Under the pieces are notes generated by a model that did no database searches, had not been told where the DNA came from, and was given only the letters and a program-made list of their open reading frames with translations. Positions 47,049 to 64,000 of a stretch of DNA of 64,000 nt are shown here, in pieces; the first letter of the stretch is position 1; each line of letters opens with the position of its first letter. The translations under genes and the position numbers were made by a program. Source of the DNA: the human T2T-CHM13v2.0 reference genome, Homo sapiens; the NCBI RefSeq assembly GCF_009914755.1, contig NC_060935.1, one strand, 5' to 3'.

Positions 47049-48135
47049 TGTTACCAACTGAACTGGAGTTCCTTAGCCTGGCATAGTAAGGCCAACACCT
47101 ACACCAAGGTTTGCAGTGGGAGAAAGAAGCATGTTTACGTACAGGGTGCCAAGCAAGGAGTATCAGGCAGTGCACGCTTAAGATTCAACCCCTCTAGTGG
47201 CTTACAGGTAAGGGTTTTTATTTTTATTTTTTTATTTTTTATTTTTATTATTTTTTTTTTGAGATGGAGTCTCGCCCTGTTGCCCAGGCTGGAGTGCAGT
47301 GGCGTGATCTCAGCTCACTGCAACCTCTGCCTCCTGGGTTCAAGCGATTCTCCTGAGTAGCTGGGATGACAGGCATGCGCCACCATGCCTGGCTAATTTC
47401 TGTATTTTTAGTAGAGACAGGGTTTCATCATATTGGTCAGGCTGGTCTCAGTACTCCTGATGTCGTGATCTGCCTGCCTCAGCCTCCCAAAGTGCTGGGA
47501 TTACAGGCTTGAGCCACTATGCCCGGCCCAGGTAAGGGTTTCTAAGGCAGGGAGGCAGAGGTTACAGGCTAAGTCATAAATCAGTATATGGAGGTTATAC
47601 ATTGGTTTGGCCTAAAAGGGTGGGATATCTTGAAGCAGAGGCTTACAGACCATATGTAGATTCAAAGATGTTCTCATTTGCAGTTTGAGTAAGGGAGAGA
47701 AGCTCTGTTTAAAAATTTGGGGTCAGCAGAAAAGAATATTTGTACTGGCTCATGGGCATGACTTCCTCCAGGCCCCTCAAGAAGAAATTTAGAACAAAAA
47801 ACAGCAGGCCTCAGAGTTCATTCCTCAGTTCCCTCTTATCTGAGGCCTATGTGCCAGCCGATCCATTTGGTGGGGGTCTGTGTTTCTGAAAAATAACACA
47901 GGGACATGTGTTAAGATGTTATCTTTAGTTTTTTTACATAGGGAACCAAACATCACTCTAACTTCCATGGCTATTGTTCTAGGCTACTCCTACCTTCTTG
48001 CTTATGAAGTTGCTCATTTACTTCTCAAGACTAGCTAGGAGCCTGGAACTTCCCTTGAAGGAATTTAAGATGTTCCTTTATTTTCATGCTTGGGGGTGCC
48101 CACAAGTCCCTAAGAGGGGTCCCTGCTCTGTCTCA
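47049..48135 (-). mobile_element. ERV1 solo LTR (MER39-like), split by an Alu
   Basis: Minus strand begins TGAGACAGAGCAGGGACCCCTCTTAGGG...TTCCTTCAAGGGAAGTTCCAGGC and ends ...GGTAACA. Confidence 0.75.
47218..47528 (-). mobile_element. Alu (AluSc-like) inside the LTR
   Basis: TSD caggtaagggttt at 47205-47217 and 47529-47541. Confidence 0.95.
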
Positions 48136-48617
48136 TACACAAATTATTTCTTGTTGTTTCTCCATAAATTTGCAATTAATAGGATTTCTAGTAACGGAGT
48201 TTTTAATGTTAAGCCCAGTTTACTAAACATCTTGCATGAATAAGGAATATTCTTGGTTTTTGGAAAGCAAGTCTTTCTAACATTTGCATTTAAAAGATTA
48301 AAATGTCTCGTTCATGAAACGATGAATGAAGAGCTTATTTATGAGGATCCTGTGAAGGCTTTTGGTCTTCCTGCAAATCCAGATCAGAAAGAGACCCATG
48401 TTAAAGTCTTTATAGAAAAAATGTTCATTCATATCCTTCTTAAACACATAATATACATGATAATGTAATACAGAATATATTAATAGTTGTAAATAAGGCA
48501 ATTCTGAAAGAGAAATGTCTGACACAGTGCATAGATTGGAAGCAGAAAACAAAGCCCTAGAATTACTCATGTCTTGACAAAGGTTGTTTTTCCCTAACTA
48601 AAACTCTGGTTTTAAAG

Positions 48618-48897
48618 TTTTATTTATTTATTTAGTCGCCTAGGCTGGAGTGCGGTGGTGCGATCTGGGCCCACTGCAACCTCCATCTCCCAGGTTGAAA
48701 CGATTCTTGTGCCTCAGCCTCCTGAGTAGCTGGGACTGCAGGCATGCGCCACCATGCCCAGCTAATTTTTAAATTTTTTGTAGAGACAGGATCCCACTAT
48801 GTTGCCCATACTGATCTCGAACTCCTGACCTCAAGTGATCTTCCCGTCTCAGCCTCCTAAAGTGATGGGGTTACAGGAGTGAGCCACCATGCCTGGT
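48618..48897 (-). mobile_element. Alu element
   Basis: Antisense dimer lacking part of its 3' end. Confidence 0.9.
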
Positions 48898-49584
48898 GAT
48901 AACTACTATTGATGAGAATGAGATGAAGCAAATAATCCATTGACCACTTGTGGAAGTGTAAATCTAGTAGGTCCTTCAGGTTTCTTGGTGTCATCCTCCC
49001 TGAAAGGTAGACATTATTTGCATCCCCATTTTACAGGTAAGCTAACTAAATACCAGAATGGCCAAGGTCACACAACTGAGGGCTCATTCTGAAAAAGAAA
49101 AAGAAGATTCTATTCCTGATATGCTTTGCTCTACACACGCACACACGCGCATGCACACACACACACACACAAGCATGCCTTGTCTAAAATTATCTTCTGA
49201 TCTGGGTGATCCCAGCTAATTGAGAGAAACAGCAAAGATAAATCCAACCCTTGGCCTGGAGCAAAGCCTGCTGATGTCAGCCTATATTGGCCAAATTCTT
49301 GTCAACCCACGGAGTAGACAAGTTGGGAATGAGAAGTAGATGGAGTTTATTGTACGCCAAGGATATTTTATGGTTGTATGTGGTTAACCACAGACTCAGG
49401 TGCATCTTACCACACCTGGCTCACTTTTAAATTAGCTTTCCATCATTCCCATTCCCACCCTCCCTTCCTTTCCACTCCAGTCATGCTACTCTTTCTTCCT
49501 TCCTGCATTTTTTCCACTTTAGAGCCCTTAGGCATGCTAGTCCCTCCATTTTCTCAATATCTGGGTGCTAGGAAAGGGGAAATA

Positions 49585-49995
49585 TTTATTTTTATTTTTT
49601 TGAGGCAGGGTCTTACTCTATCACCCAGGCTGGAGTGCAGTGGTGCAGTCATGGCTTACTGCAGCCTCAGCCTCCTGGGCTCAATAGATCCTCCCAACCT
49701 CAGCTCCCCTAGCAGCTGGGACCTTAGGCACACACCACCCCGCCCAGGTAACTTTTATTTTTTTGGCAAAGACAGAGTTTTGCCATACTGCCCAGGCTGG
49801 TCTTAAACTCCTGGACTCAAGCAGTCCTCCTGCCTCAGCTTCCCAAAGTGCTGGGACTGCAGGCGCACACCACCACACCTGGCCATTTTTTGTTTGTTTG
49901 TTTTGTAGAGACAGCATCTCACCATGTTGCCTAGGCTGGTCTCAAACTACTGAACTCAAGTGATCCACCTGCCTGGGCCTCCCAAAGTGCTGGCC
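49585..49995 (-). mobile_element. AluJ plus an extra left arm
   Basis: Dimer at 49585-49884, then a second tagagacag...cctcccaaagtgctgg arm. Confidence 0.88.
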
Positions 49996-50526
49996 TATTT
50001 TTCATTCTTTGCCTAGTTTGAAAGAAGATTTTGAGGGGACTCATTAACATTCTCATAATACAAAATAAGGAAAATTAATAGAAGGAGGCTAGAGACAGGA
50101 AAATATGTTTAGATACCCTGTATAGATAATGTGAATGTCGTTCACTATACTTCACACGACATTTTCTGGTATTCTGATTATTAAAATGTTCCATGTAAAC
50201 AGGGCAACATGAGACGATTTTCCTAAGATCACTCTTAAGAGTTGAGAATGAAGTCAGTACATCTGCCAGACAGCCCAAATGAAATGAGGATGAATAACCA
50301 ACTATTCAATAATTGCGTGTTTACTTTTTACTGCTTTTAATAACTTGCTCTTTATTCCCTGCAGATAGCAAACCAACTGATTTGGGATAGGTGAGGCAAC
50401 AAAGCCACAGCTTCCATAGTCACACCATTTCAATTCTTGTTTCTACAAATGAACAATTCATAAGTAATAAATTAAGAGAAAAGTAGAGATAACTGATACA
50501 CTATATAGTTTTAAAATTCTGACTGA

Positions 50527-50824
<298 letters not shown>

Positions 50825-50918
50825 TGAGTTTATTTTTTAACTAGAAGTTATTGCTCCTTGCAACTAACTTTACCCTTTTCCTTCTGCCATAATAATCCAT
50901 TCATTCATCTAATGAATA

Positions 50919-51237
50919 CGGATTGGGTATCCTTTATCCAAAATGCTTGGGACCAGAAGTGTTGCATATTTTGGAATATTTGCATATACATAATGAGATA
51001 TATTGGGGATGTGACCCAAATCTAAACACGAAATTCATTCATGTTTCATATACACCTTATACCATAGCCTGAGGTTAATTTCATATAATATTTTAAATAA
51101 TTTTCTGCATAAAACAAAGTTTGTGTTAAGCACTAATATGTGGAATTTTCCACTTAAGGCATCATGTTGGTGCTCTAAAGTTTTGGATTTTGGAGTATTT
51201 CAGATTTTGGATTTTTGGATTAGGGATGCTCAACCTG
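50919..51237. mobile_element. Tigger4/MER46-like DNA transposon MITE
   Basis: TIRs cggattgggtatcctttatccaaaa and ttttggattagggatgctcaacctg, flanked by TA. Confidence 0.85.
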
Positions 51238-51464
51238 TATTTATTAAATGTATATGAGGGCAAAATGGTGAATAAGACAAACAGGTCTTTATGAAACTTA
51301 AAGTATGGTTGGGACCAGTATGTGTAAAAAAACCCATGTAGGATGGACCTTGGTGCTTTTGAGGGCTGTAGAGAAGGCCCTTAATGCTTGAGTGTGGTGA
51401 GCAAGGTAGGAGGCTAGGGACCAGAGCATGATACACTTCTTTACGGAACACACACACACACATA

Positions 51465-51930
51465 CAATTAGTTTTCAATTGTTGCTGTTACAAATTACTG
51501 CAGATTAGTGGCTTAAAACAATCATCTTACAATTCTATAGGTTAGAATGCCAACATGGATCTCACTGGGCTAAAGTCACTGCATTATTTTCTGGAGATAC
51601 TAGGAGGAAGTTAATTTCCTTGCCTTTTTCAGCTTCTAGAGGCTGTGCACATTCCTGGTCTCCTGGACCCGTCCTCCATCTTCAGACCAGCAATGTTGCA
51701 TCTCTAATCATTCTCCCACAGTCACATCTCTCTCTTTGACCAAAGCTGGGAAAGATTCTCCAATTTTAAGGACCTCCCCTGTGATTGATTAGATTAGGCT
51801 CATCTGGGTAACCGCCCACCTCAAAGGTCCTTAATTTAATCACATCCTTATAATATGGTCCCACACAAGGTAACATTCACAGATATGTAGACATGGATAT
51901 CTTTAGAAGGTCATTATTCTGCCAAACACA
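51465..51930 (-). mobile_element. MaLR solo LTR (MLT1C/D-like)
   Basis: ttgctgttacaaattac...agtggcttaaaacaa...tccttgcctttttcagcttctagaggct...cattattctgcc. Confidence 0.8.
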
Positions 51931-52089
51931 TATGTGTAAAGATAAATATGTAATTAATTTAAAAATTTATATAGAAACTTTTCTCAAACATTTGAAATAA
52001 ACATAAATACTGTAAGAGAGTGTATCCCAAAACAGAGGCATAATCATTTTAGAATGAATAGAATTAAAGGTTTTTCAATAATATTATTA

Positions 52090-52373
52090 TATATATTTTT
52101 GAGACAGGGTCTTGCTCTGTCACTCTGGCTGGAATGCAGTGACATGATTATAGCTCACTGCAGCATCAAACTCCTGGCTCAGATGATCCTCCCACACTGG
52201 GACGACCAGTGTGTGCCACCATGTCCAGCTAATTAAAAAAAAAAATTTTTTTTTTAGAGATGGAGTCTAGCTATGTTGCCCAGGCTGATCACGAACTCCT
52301 GGGCTCAAGCAATCCTCTATGCCTTGGCTTCCCAAAGTGTTAGAATTACAGGCATGAGCCACTGCACCTGGCT
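52090..52373 (-). mobile_element. AluJ element
   Basis: gagacagggtcttgctctgtc...ctcctgggctcaagcaatcct. Confidence 0.92.
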
Positions 52374-52521
52374 GTGTATATTGCTAATATATCTCTGATG
52401 AGATATTGCCACTGATATTGAAGAAAATAAATAGAGAACCACAACCAGAGTCAATGACAGGAATAATTCTCAGAAACATGATGCTGAGTTAAAAAAACAA
52501 AAAGCAAATTCCAGAAAACTA

Positions 52522-53292
<771 letters not shown>

Positions 53293-53296
53293 GTCA

Positions 53297-53700
53297 TGTT
53301 ACCCAGGAAACAGACTCTGAGATTGAGATTTGCTTGCAGGGGATTTGTAATGGAATACACTGGGGAACAACATCCTTAAGGGAGGGAGGGAAGCTGGATT
53401 AAGCTGAAAGAGAAGTTGAACTGCACTGCAGTATAATGGAAGCTTCAGGAAATTCCACTGGGAGCTCTGAAGCTGGGAAGGCTTTTCAGAGATGTTCATA
53501 ATTAAGATAGGTGGTCCAGGCTTTTGTACTCCTGCATCATCCAGTCATTGGATGTAGGCTGCCATTGGAGAGGGGCAAAGCAGCTCCCTTTAGCCTAGGA
53601 CAGGTCCCATAGAGGGACATAGACCAGGATTGTCAGCAAATGTGGGAATGAAGGTCTTGGTCCTGGAGGGAAGATCTGGGATGCCTTCCCCAGCACCCAG
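53297..53700 (-). mobile_element. LTR16-like ERVL LTR
   Basis: cagactctgagattgagatttgcttgcagg...gagaagttgaactgc...gggagctctgaagctggga. Confidence 0.65.
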
Positions 53701-53987
53701 CATATCATGCTTTTTAAATAGAGCTCAAAAATAAGCAAAATGAAACACCATGTTATTATTTCATATATATTTTGATATAAGCATATATATTTAAAAGCAG
53801 TAGAACGATATACAACATTTAGGGCTGTGCTTACCTTTGGAGAATGGACTAGGGTAGGTTTTTGGTTTTTGGTTCTTGAGTTAGGTGGTGAGTTTACAGT
53901 TTTTCATTATATTATGCTTTATATAACTAACATATATTTCATCTAATCTTTTGTATACATCAAATGTATTTTAAAAGATAGCAAGGG

Positions 53988-54270
<283 letters not shown>

Positions 54271-54505
54271 ATTTTTAAAAAAGATTATAAGGGGAATAAA
54301 GGAAAGAACTAGGCAAAAATAATATAAACTAAAGTAGCTAGAATTTTTAGAAAAAAAAAGTGTGGGTAAAGATAACAAATCCTTGGACCTATTGCCAAAT
54401 TAAGGATTCAGGTAAAGAAAACCTCCTCAAATTCCGCTATATTATTTGCCTTAAGTTTGCTTGCATAACTGTCCTACAGTTATGCTGGAAATATGATGTA
54501 GGTAA

Positions 54506-54859
<354 letters not shown>

Positions 54860-55325
54860 CCTTTCACACGGTTTTAAACTGGTTTGTTTACCATGGCACT
54901 AATTCCTTTCTTTAAGCGAAAGTATTCTGAGTAAGATTAATGGAACGATTATTAGATCTGCTGATGCAATAAAGAAAACCAGTTAATGTGCAATATTGGT
55001 ATGTCAAGATTTCACTATGATATTTTTAATCATATATTATTGAGTGGAGAAAGAAAGTTGTTGAATTATTTTTGCATAATCACAGCTTTTACTTCTAAAA
55101 AAGTATATATGTATATGTTGTGTATATTATATAGCTTCATACTTAGAAATGTCAGTGAAAAGAAAAAGAAATGGAAGAATACAGTACAAATTGCCAACTG
55201 TTAGTGGGAATAGAAAATGGGGTGGGATGCTTTTTCATTTCATATAATTCCGTGTGCTTTTGAAACTAAAAAATAAGTAAAATGTTAAAACTATATTTTC
55301 TAATCACTTGTTTCAAAATGACTGA

Positions 55326-55727
<402 letters not shown>

Positions 55728-55925
55728 TAGCCCTTCATTTTTAGTGAAGACATCTTGGTTCTAGAAACAGGCCTGCTGCACTAAAGTAGTCCGTATGCAA
55801 GAAGGTTAACTTAAAGAGTTAATTTCCCTGTTGGAAAAATGGGGGTGTTATTGTGATGTTTGAATGGGGTAATGTATGTGAAGTGACTTTGAAGTTGATA
55901 TTGCAATATTAAAGCATAATAGGTG

Positions 55926-56220
55926 TTTTTGTTTGTTTGTTTTTAAGATAAAGTCTCACTCTGTTGCCCAGGTTAGAGTGCAGTGGTGCGATCTTGGCTC
56001 ACTGCAACCTCCACCTCCTGGGTTCAAGAGAGCCTCAGTCCCCTGAGTAGCTGGGATTACAGGCGCCTGCCACCACACCCGGCTCATTTTTGTGTTTTTA
56101 GTAGAGATGGGGTTTCACCATGTTGGCCAGACTGGTCACAAACTCCTGACCTCAGGTGATCCGCCTGCCTCGGCCTCCCAAAGTGCTAGGATTACAGGCG
56201 TGAGTCGCCGCACCCTGGCC
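55926..56220 (-). mobile_element. AluS-type element
   Basis: Antisense dimer with a (tttg)n tail. Confidence 0.93.
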
Positions 56221-56839
56221 AATAAATGTTAATCTTCCTTTCTTATGGTAATATTTCTTGTTAAATAAATTAAATATTAACTTTGGGAAACCTCCCAATT
56301 TCTAATGCTTAAGACTCAGTTTCTTTTAAATTGGTTTGTTCATCACAACACTTTTTCTTTTTAACCCAGGATTGGACAACTGAATTTAAAGGCAAGTTAA
56401 AGTTCAATATTTTGAACAATGTTTAAATCAAGATGAGCGAGAAGACAGAACTGTTAAAAGGTTTTATTTTACAGCCAAGTGAAGGATTCAGCTATGTCCC
56501 AAAGGATTAAACAAGATGGTATGCTTAATAATTCCTCGCTTCTATGAAACTCCCTGATTATGAAGTGTACTTTCATTCTATAGAACTACTCCTGATTTCA
56601 TCAGGAAACTCTGATCTGAAACTCAATTTACAGAAATATTAAAAATGAATTTTCGACTAAATGGGAATATTTGTATACTAATATGATACAATATTGTTGC
56701 TTCATTTTTTTCATATTAAATACTATTCTAAACTCTAAATTTGTTAATAAATGAAGCAGAAATCTAATGTGATTACATCTGAGTATTTTATTTGTGTAAT
56801 AACAAAATATTTCTAGAGACTCTTCTACTCTCCTTTAGT

Positions 56840-56851
56840 CTTTTTCTTTTC

Positions 56852-56888
<37 letters not shown>

Positions 56889-57181
56889 TTGAGACAGGGT
56901 CTCACTTTGTTACCCAGGCTGGAGTTCAATGGCGCAATCTCAGCTCACTGCATCCTCCGCCTCCCAGGCTCAAGCAATTATCCTGCCTAGCCTCCCAAGT
57001 AGCTAGGACTACAGGCATGCACCACCAAGCCCAGCTAGTTTTGTTTGTTTGTTTGTTTGTTTGTTTGTATTTTTTGTAGAGACAGGGTTTCGCTATATTG
57101 CCCAGGCTGATTTCGAACTCCTGAGCTCAAGGGATCTACCCAAAGTGCTGGGATTATAGGCATGAGCCACGGCACCCAGCC
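56840..57181 (-). mobile_element. AluJ element
   Basis: TSD ctttagtc(t/a)ttttt; (tttg)n linker. Confidence 0.92.
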
Positions 57182-57234
57182 TTTAGTCATTTTTTAGATG
57201 CTGCTTTCTCTGAGCTAGTTCTGGAGATATGATT

Positions 57235-57520
57235 TCATAGTCACACCTTTTTGGTTCAAATTCCAATTCTTCCACTTACTAGCTTTAAGCTTCTGTTTCC
57301 TCATTCATAAAATGGGGTTAAGAGTAGTACCTACCTCACTGAACACTTAATATCTATCTGCCAATCACTGCTAAATGCTTAAGTAGTATTGTTCTCATTT
57401 TACAGATGTGGAATTTGAATGCATAATAATTAAATCTATACAAGATCATACAGCTAATAAGAGGCAGAATCAGGATCTGGTTCCAGATTTACCTGACACT
57501 AAAGGCCAGAGTTTTATCGT
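57235..57520. mobile_element. Two MIR fragments in opposite orientation
   Basis: ccacttactagc...tttcctcattcataaaatgggg on +, and ctcattttacagatgtggaa...catacagctaataagaggcagaa on -. Confidence 0.7.
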
Positions 57521-59193
57521 ATTGCCTCTTCTTCGGAGAGCTATTAGTCACATGTTTGGTTAGTATGGCTCTACTAACCCTTCATTAGATGTTAAATTTC
57601 AGCACAGAATACTGCTGAATAGGAGTGGGTCATCATTATAGGGTCCTGTATGCATTAGAGTTTACTGTGGTTCGTAAAATTTATTCAGCGACAAAGGATT
57701 GTTGAATTCCAAAAGTGTGTGACCACCTGAACTCCAAAGGGCTATCTGGCATGTACTGCTTCACTTTGTGGAAGTCGCCATTTTTTCCCTTAGTAGATAA
57801 AACAATTAGTATTCCTAATTCCTAAAAAGAGGCTGAGGTGATCAGAATAAATGTGTACATTTTAAATAACGATTATTCTATTAATTGCATGGGTAGTGCC
57901 TAGGCATTTTAGAAGAGGAATGCATACCAAAATGAGATGGTTTCAGTCTTTAACATTCCTTTTCATTAAAATAACTAAATTCCAACAGCAATGGAAATTC
58001 CATTTCCAAAGTACATGTGTTTATTTTAAATAGCCCTACACCAACAATTATTGCCTATTTAATTTTATGCCATATGCTGTGATAGTTGCAAGAGGCACAG
58101 ATGTGTATTCTTCAAAACCACATCAAAGCCTTCATTCTGGTGTTGATTGCTTTCTCCTCTACCACACCCTCACTCAATTTCTGCATTTTCTCAGATCCCA
58201 GTTCAAATATGGGTTCCTTAGAAAGGCGTTTCAAGGCTGTTTCTTTTCCCCCACCTAAATTAGGTCCTCTTGTTAACCTCTTTCCTTATGTCCTATTATT
58301 TTCTTCTTTGTACGTATTACAATTTTTATCATATAATTAGTTGGAAGTTTGCTGAATGTCTGTCTCTCCCACTAGACAATCTATTTTCATTTATTCCTTC
58401 ATCACCCATTCAACAGGTATTTATTGCATACCAAGTGTCAGGTACTCTTGGGTGCACATCTTAGCTAAAGATACAGTGGTGAACAAGAAAAGTTCACTGT
58501 ACTAATGAACTTACATTCATTCTATTAGGTAGATGGACAAAGACCTAGTAATCAAACAATTTGAAAGCATTATGTTCTGTAAGGAAAACAAAGTAAGATA
58601 AAAGGATAAGGATTGCTAGAGCAGAGGATAAAGCTATTTGGGAAAGTTATGAAGGGAGGTCAGGGAATACCATTCTAAGGGGGATGACATGTGAACAAAA
58701 GCCTAAATAATACAAAGGAGTGAGCCTTGGGAAGATAGGAAGAGGTTCCAGGCAGAGGGAAGTGGAAGTGTAATAGAACGACTCTGAGACCAGAATGAAA
58801 TTGACTTATTTGAGGAACTGCAAGGAGTTAGTGTGGCTGGAATCAAGTGAGCACAGGAGAGGGTGGTCCGTGTTGCCGGAGAGGTCAGGGCAGACAAACT
58901 CAACTTGGAGGATTTTGTTCTTAATGTGATATAAAGTCCTTGAAGGGATTTGAGTAGAAGAAAATGATATCTAATTTACTTAAAAAAAAAAAACCCTCTA
59001 GTTGCTACATGGACAACAAACTCCAACACAGGCTTTAGGGAGACCAGTTAGGAGGCTATTGCCATATTCCAGGCTAAAAATGCTTGTGATTTGAATTAGG
59101 TTAGTAGTGGCCAGTCAAGATATATTTTGGAAGTAGAGTGAATAAGACCTGCTAAAGAATTGGATATGGAATGTAATGGAAAGAAAAGAATCA

Positions 59194-59493
<300 letters not shown>

Positions 59494-59576
59494 TTAACAT
59501 TCATCCCTAAGTCTTGGGCCTTAGAAAGGGGGTAAATGATGGTATCATTAATAGAAATAGGAATGAAAAGAGGAAG

Positions 59577-59580
<4 letters not shown>

Positions 59581-59619
<39 letters not shown>
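59581..59619. repeat. (TG)n microsatellite
   Basis: About 19 TG units. Confidence 0.97.
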
Positions 59620-59625
<6 letters not shown>

Positions 59626-60834
59626 TAAGCGTAGAGTTCTATTCTAAACATGTTAAGTTTGAAATGTTTATTTTATATCTGAGTAGAGATGCGAATAGGC
59701 AGGTGGATATATATACTGTATAGAAGTCTGGACCTCTAAGCAGAAGTTGAGCCTGGACAGAGACATTTGGAAATAATCAGCTTACAGCTGATATTTAAAA
59801 CCAAGGGACTGGATAAAATCATATATTAGAGACGTAAAGAGAGCTGGGGTCTGAGCCTGAGGGCACTGTGTAATTTAGAGGCCAGTAAGAGAAGGGGCCA
59901 GCAAAGGACACTGAGAGGAAAGCAGTGGCCACTCCCTGTTGAATGGTAGAGTAGGGTTAGGACTGAGAATTGCCCATTTGCTCACTATTTTATACCTAGT
60001 ACCTAGCTCAGTGGACTGGCACATAATTAGAACACAATAATATTTGTTGAATGAATGAATCTTCACTTCTGTTTATTTCTTAGATATTTGTTGGGGTACC
60101 CTAGGTACCAGGCACTGTTTTAGGTCCTATGGATTCACAGCATAGTGTTCCCTATAATCATAGATTCTAGTGGGGGCCACAGACAGACATATGCAACAAA
60201 AAATATGTATTGTTAGTTTATAATAACTGTCTTCTCCCCCTTCCACCCTATTCTAAGGAGAATGGGACTGAATATCTAGAGGGTGCCTTGTTGGTGAGCA
60301 ATGATGAGCTGGGATATATAAATTTGGGGATATAGCTATACTGTAGGCAAAGATTTGGGGAAGAGGGAGAAGTTGAGGACGAAGAGTGGTGGGCCTTTAG
60401 TTGAACTGAAGAGGCAGCCCCAGCCAAAGGTACCAAATTCAATTAAAATAAAATATGATGTCAGCTCGACTCACATGGCTGAATTCTGCAGGGTAATTGA
60501 TGGTTTACATTTACAGCCTTAGGGTTAGACCTAATTAATCTGATAAGAGAATGGAGAAGGGGGGGTTTGGGCAGCAAGAAATAAGGCTCAAATTGAATCT
60601 TATCAAACTATGAAGTTAGCTGCAAGGTATGTTGAACTGTTACCCTTAGAATTATTATCCTTAAGTTCTTGCTTTACAAAAAACACTCAAGTCTTGAATC
60701 AGCAGCCCCTACTGGCTAAGAACAAATTTTAGGTACCTTTCTGAGCCCAAATCCATGCCAGAGAAGGAAACAAAAACTCTTGAAGGAAAGTAGAGAGTAA
60801 GTGTGAAGCACTTTATTGTTTTACACAATTTTTT

Positions 60835-62860
<2,026 letters not shown>

Positions 62861-63394
62861 GTTTTACACAATTTTTTAAACTTACCTTGTGATCTTTCTC
62901 CTCTGCAACTTTGCTAACGTAGTTCCCATGCCTCTATCTGGACTTCACACTTCTGTGCCCCCTGGAAATACCACTCCCCCACTCCCCAACCAAAAAAGGG
63001 AAATTTAAAAAAGAAAGTAAAATTTTCTATCCCCCTTTGAAGACAAATTAAAAGATATAGTCTCCTTCCAAAACTAATTGTTCAGCAAGCTGTGTTCCTA
63101 TATTTTTCATTCACCATACAGCTCTGATGCCATCGTCTAACAGTTATTAGACTCCATCAGGTTATTTGCCTTGAACCCCAAATCGTTGGGAACTAAGTGA
63201 TGTTTAGTGCTCAGCTGGGAGGGAGGTCTGGCATTTAAGGGCTCTCTATGAGTGAGTGTAACCCGGGCGAATGCCTGCAGCGAGGAAGGCACAGACACAG
63301 AAGACTGCAAGCCTTTATCTGGAAAAGTTTATGGCAACAATGACAGCACGCTTAACAATGATATATTTATTATATAATTATATCATATATGTAA

Positions 63395-63757
<363 letters not shown>

Positions 63758-63789
63758 TACGCCCACTTCTTACTATAATCTTTCCATTC

Positions 63790-64000
63790 ACTAGCGGCTT
63801 CTCTGATCCCATTTCCTCTTCGAACCTGAGCTCAAACCAGCCTGGGTCTGACCGGCCAATCCGAGCGCAGTCTTCCGCAGTCGCGAGTACGGCTGCAGCC
63901 AATGAGAGACCGGGGCGCCTCGGTGGGGTGAGACAGGGCGCTCACTGGCGGAACCCCGGGGGACGCGGTGATGGGAGGAGTGTGGGAGGGGCAGTGGAAC
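63790..64000. promoter_or_regulatory. Edge of a CpG-island promoter with two CCAAT boxes
   Basis: ggccaatcc near 63855 and agccaatga near 63898; dense CpG and G-rich tracts continuing past the window end. Confidence 0.8.

Noticed and set aside
63850-63910. ER-stress element (CCAAT-N9-CCACG)
   Set aside because: Both CCAAT boxes lack the CCACG half at the required spacing

Overview
This is primate, most likely human, nuclear DNA: it contains AluJ/AluS/AluY, L1PA, MIR, L2, MaLR/ERV LTRs and Tigger-type DNA transposon remnants. I see no intact host protein-coding gene and cannot name the locus. Nearly all listed ORFs are Alu, L1 or microsatellite artefacts. The left half (1-29 kb) is repeat-poor. 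It holds two very AT-rich, apparently transposon-free blocks of about 6 kb, a cluster of AP-1/ARE motifs, a weak CpG/G-rich promoter-like patch at about 15.3 kb, and a CpG promoter at about 27.6 kb with two tandem ZNF143-type motifs. The right half (29-64 kb) is repeat-dense. It includes an old L1M interrupted by MER21, a full-length but inactivated minus-strand L1PA3/4-like element (6.14 kb, 20-bp TSD, extended ORF0 open), a solo LTR and Alus. It also has a 5'-inverted L1PA5-like insertion at 60.8-62.9 kb and the edge of a CCAAT-containing CpG island at the window end. The best leads are candidate non-coding or micropeptide transcription units from these promoters. I found no convincing novel biological system. 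Repeat subfamily names are from memory of consensus sequences, not from a database search.
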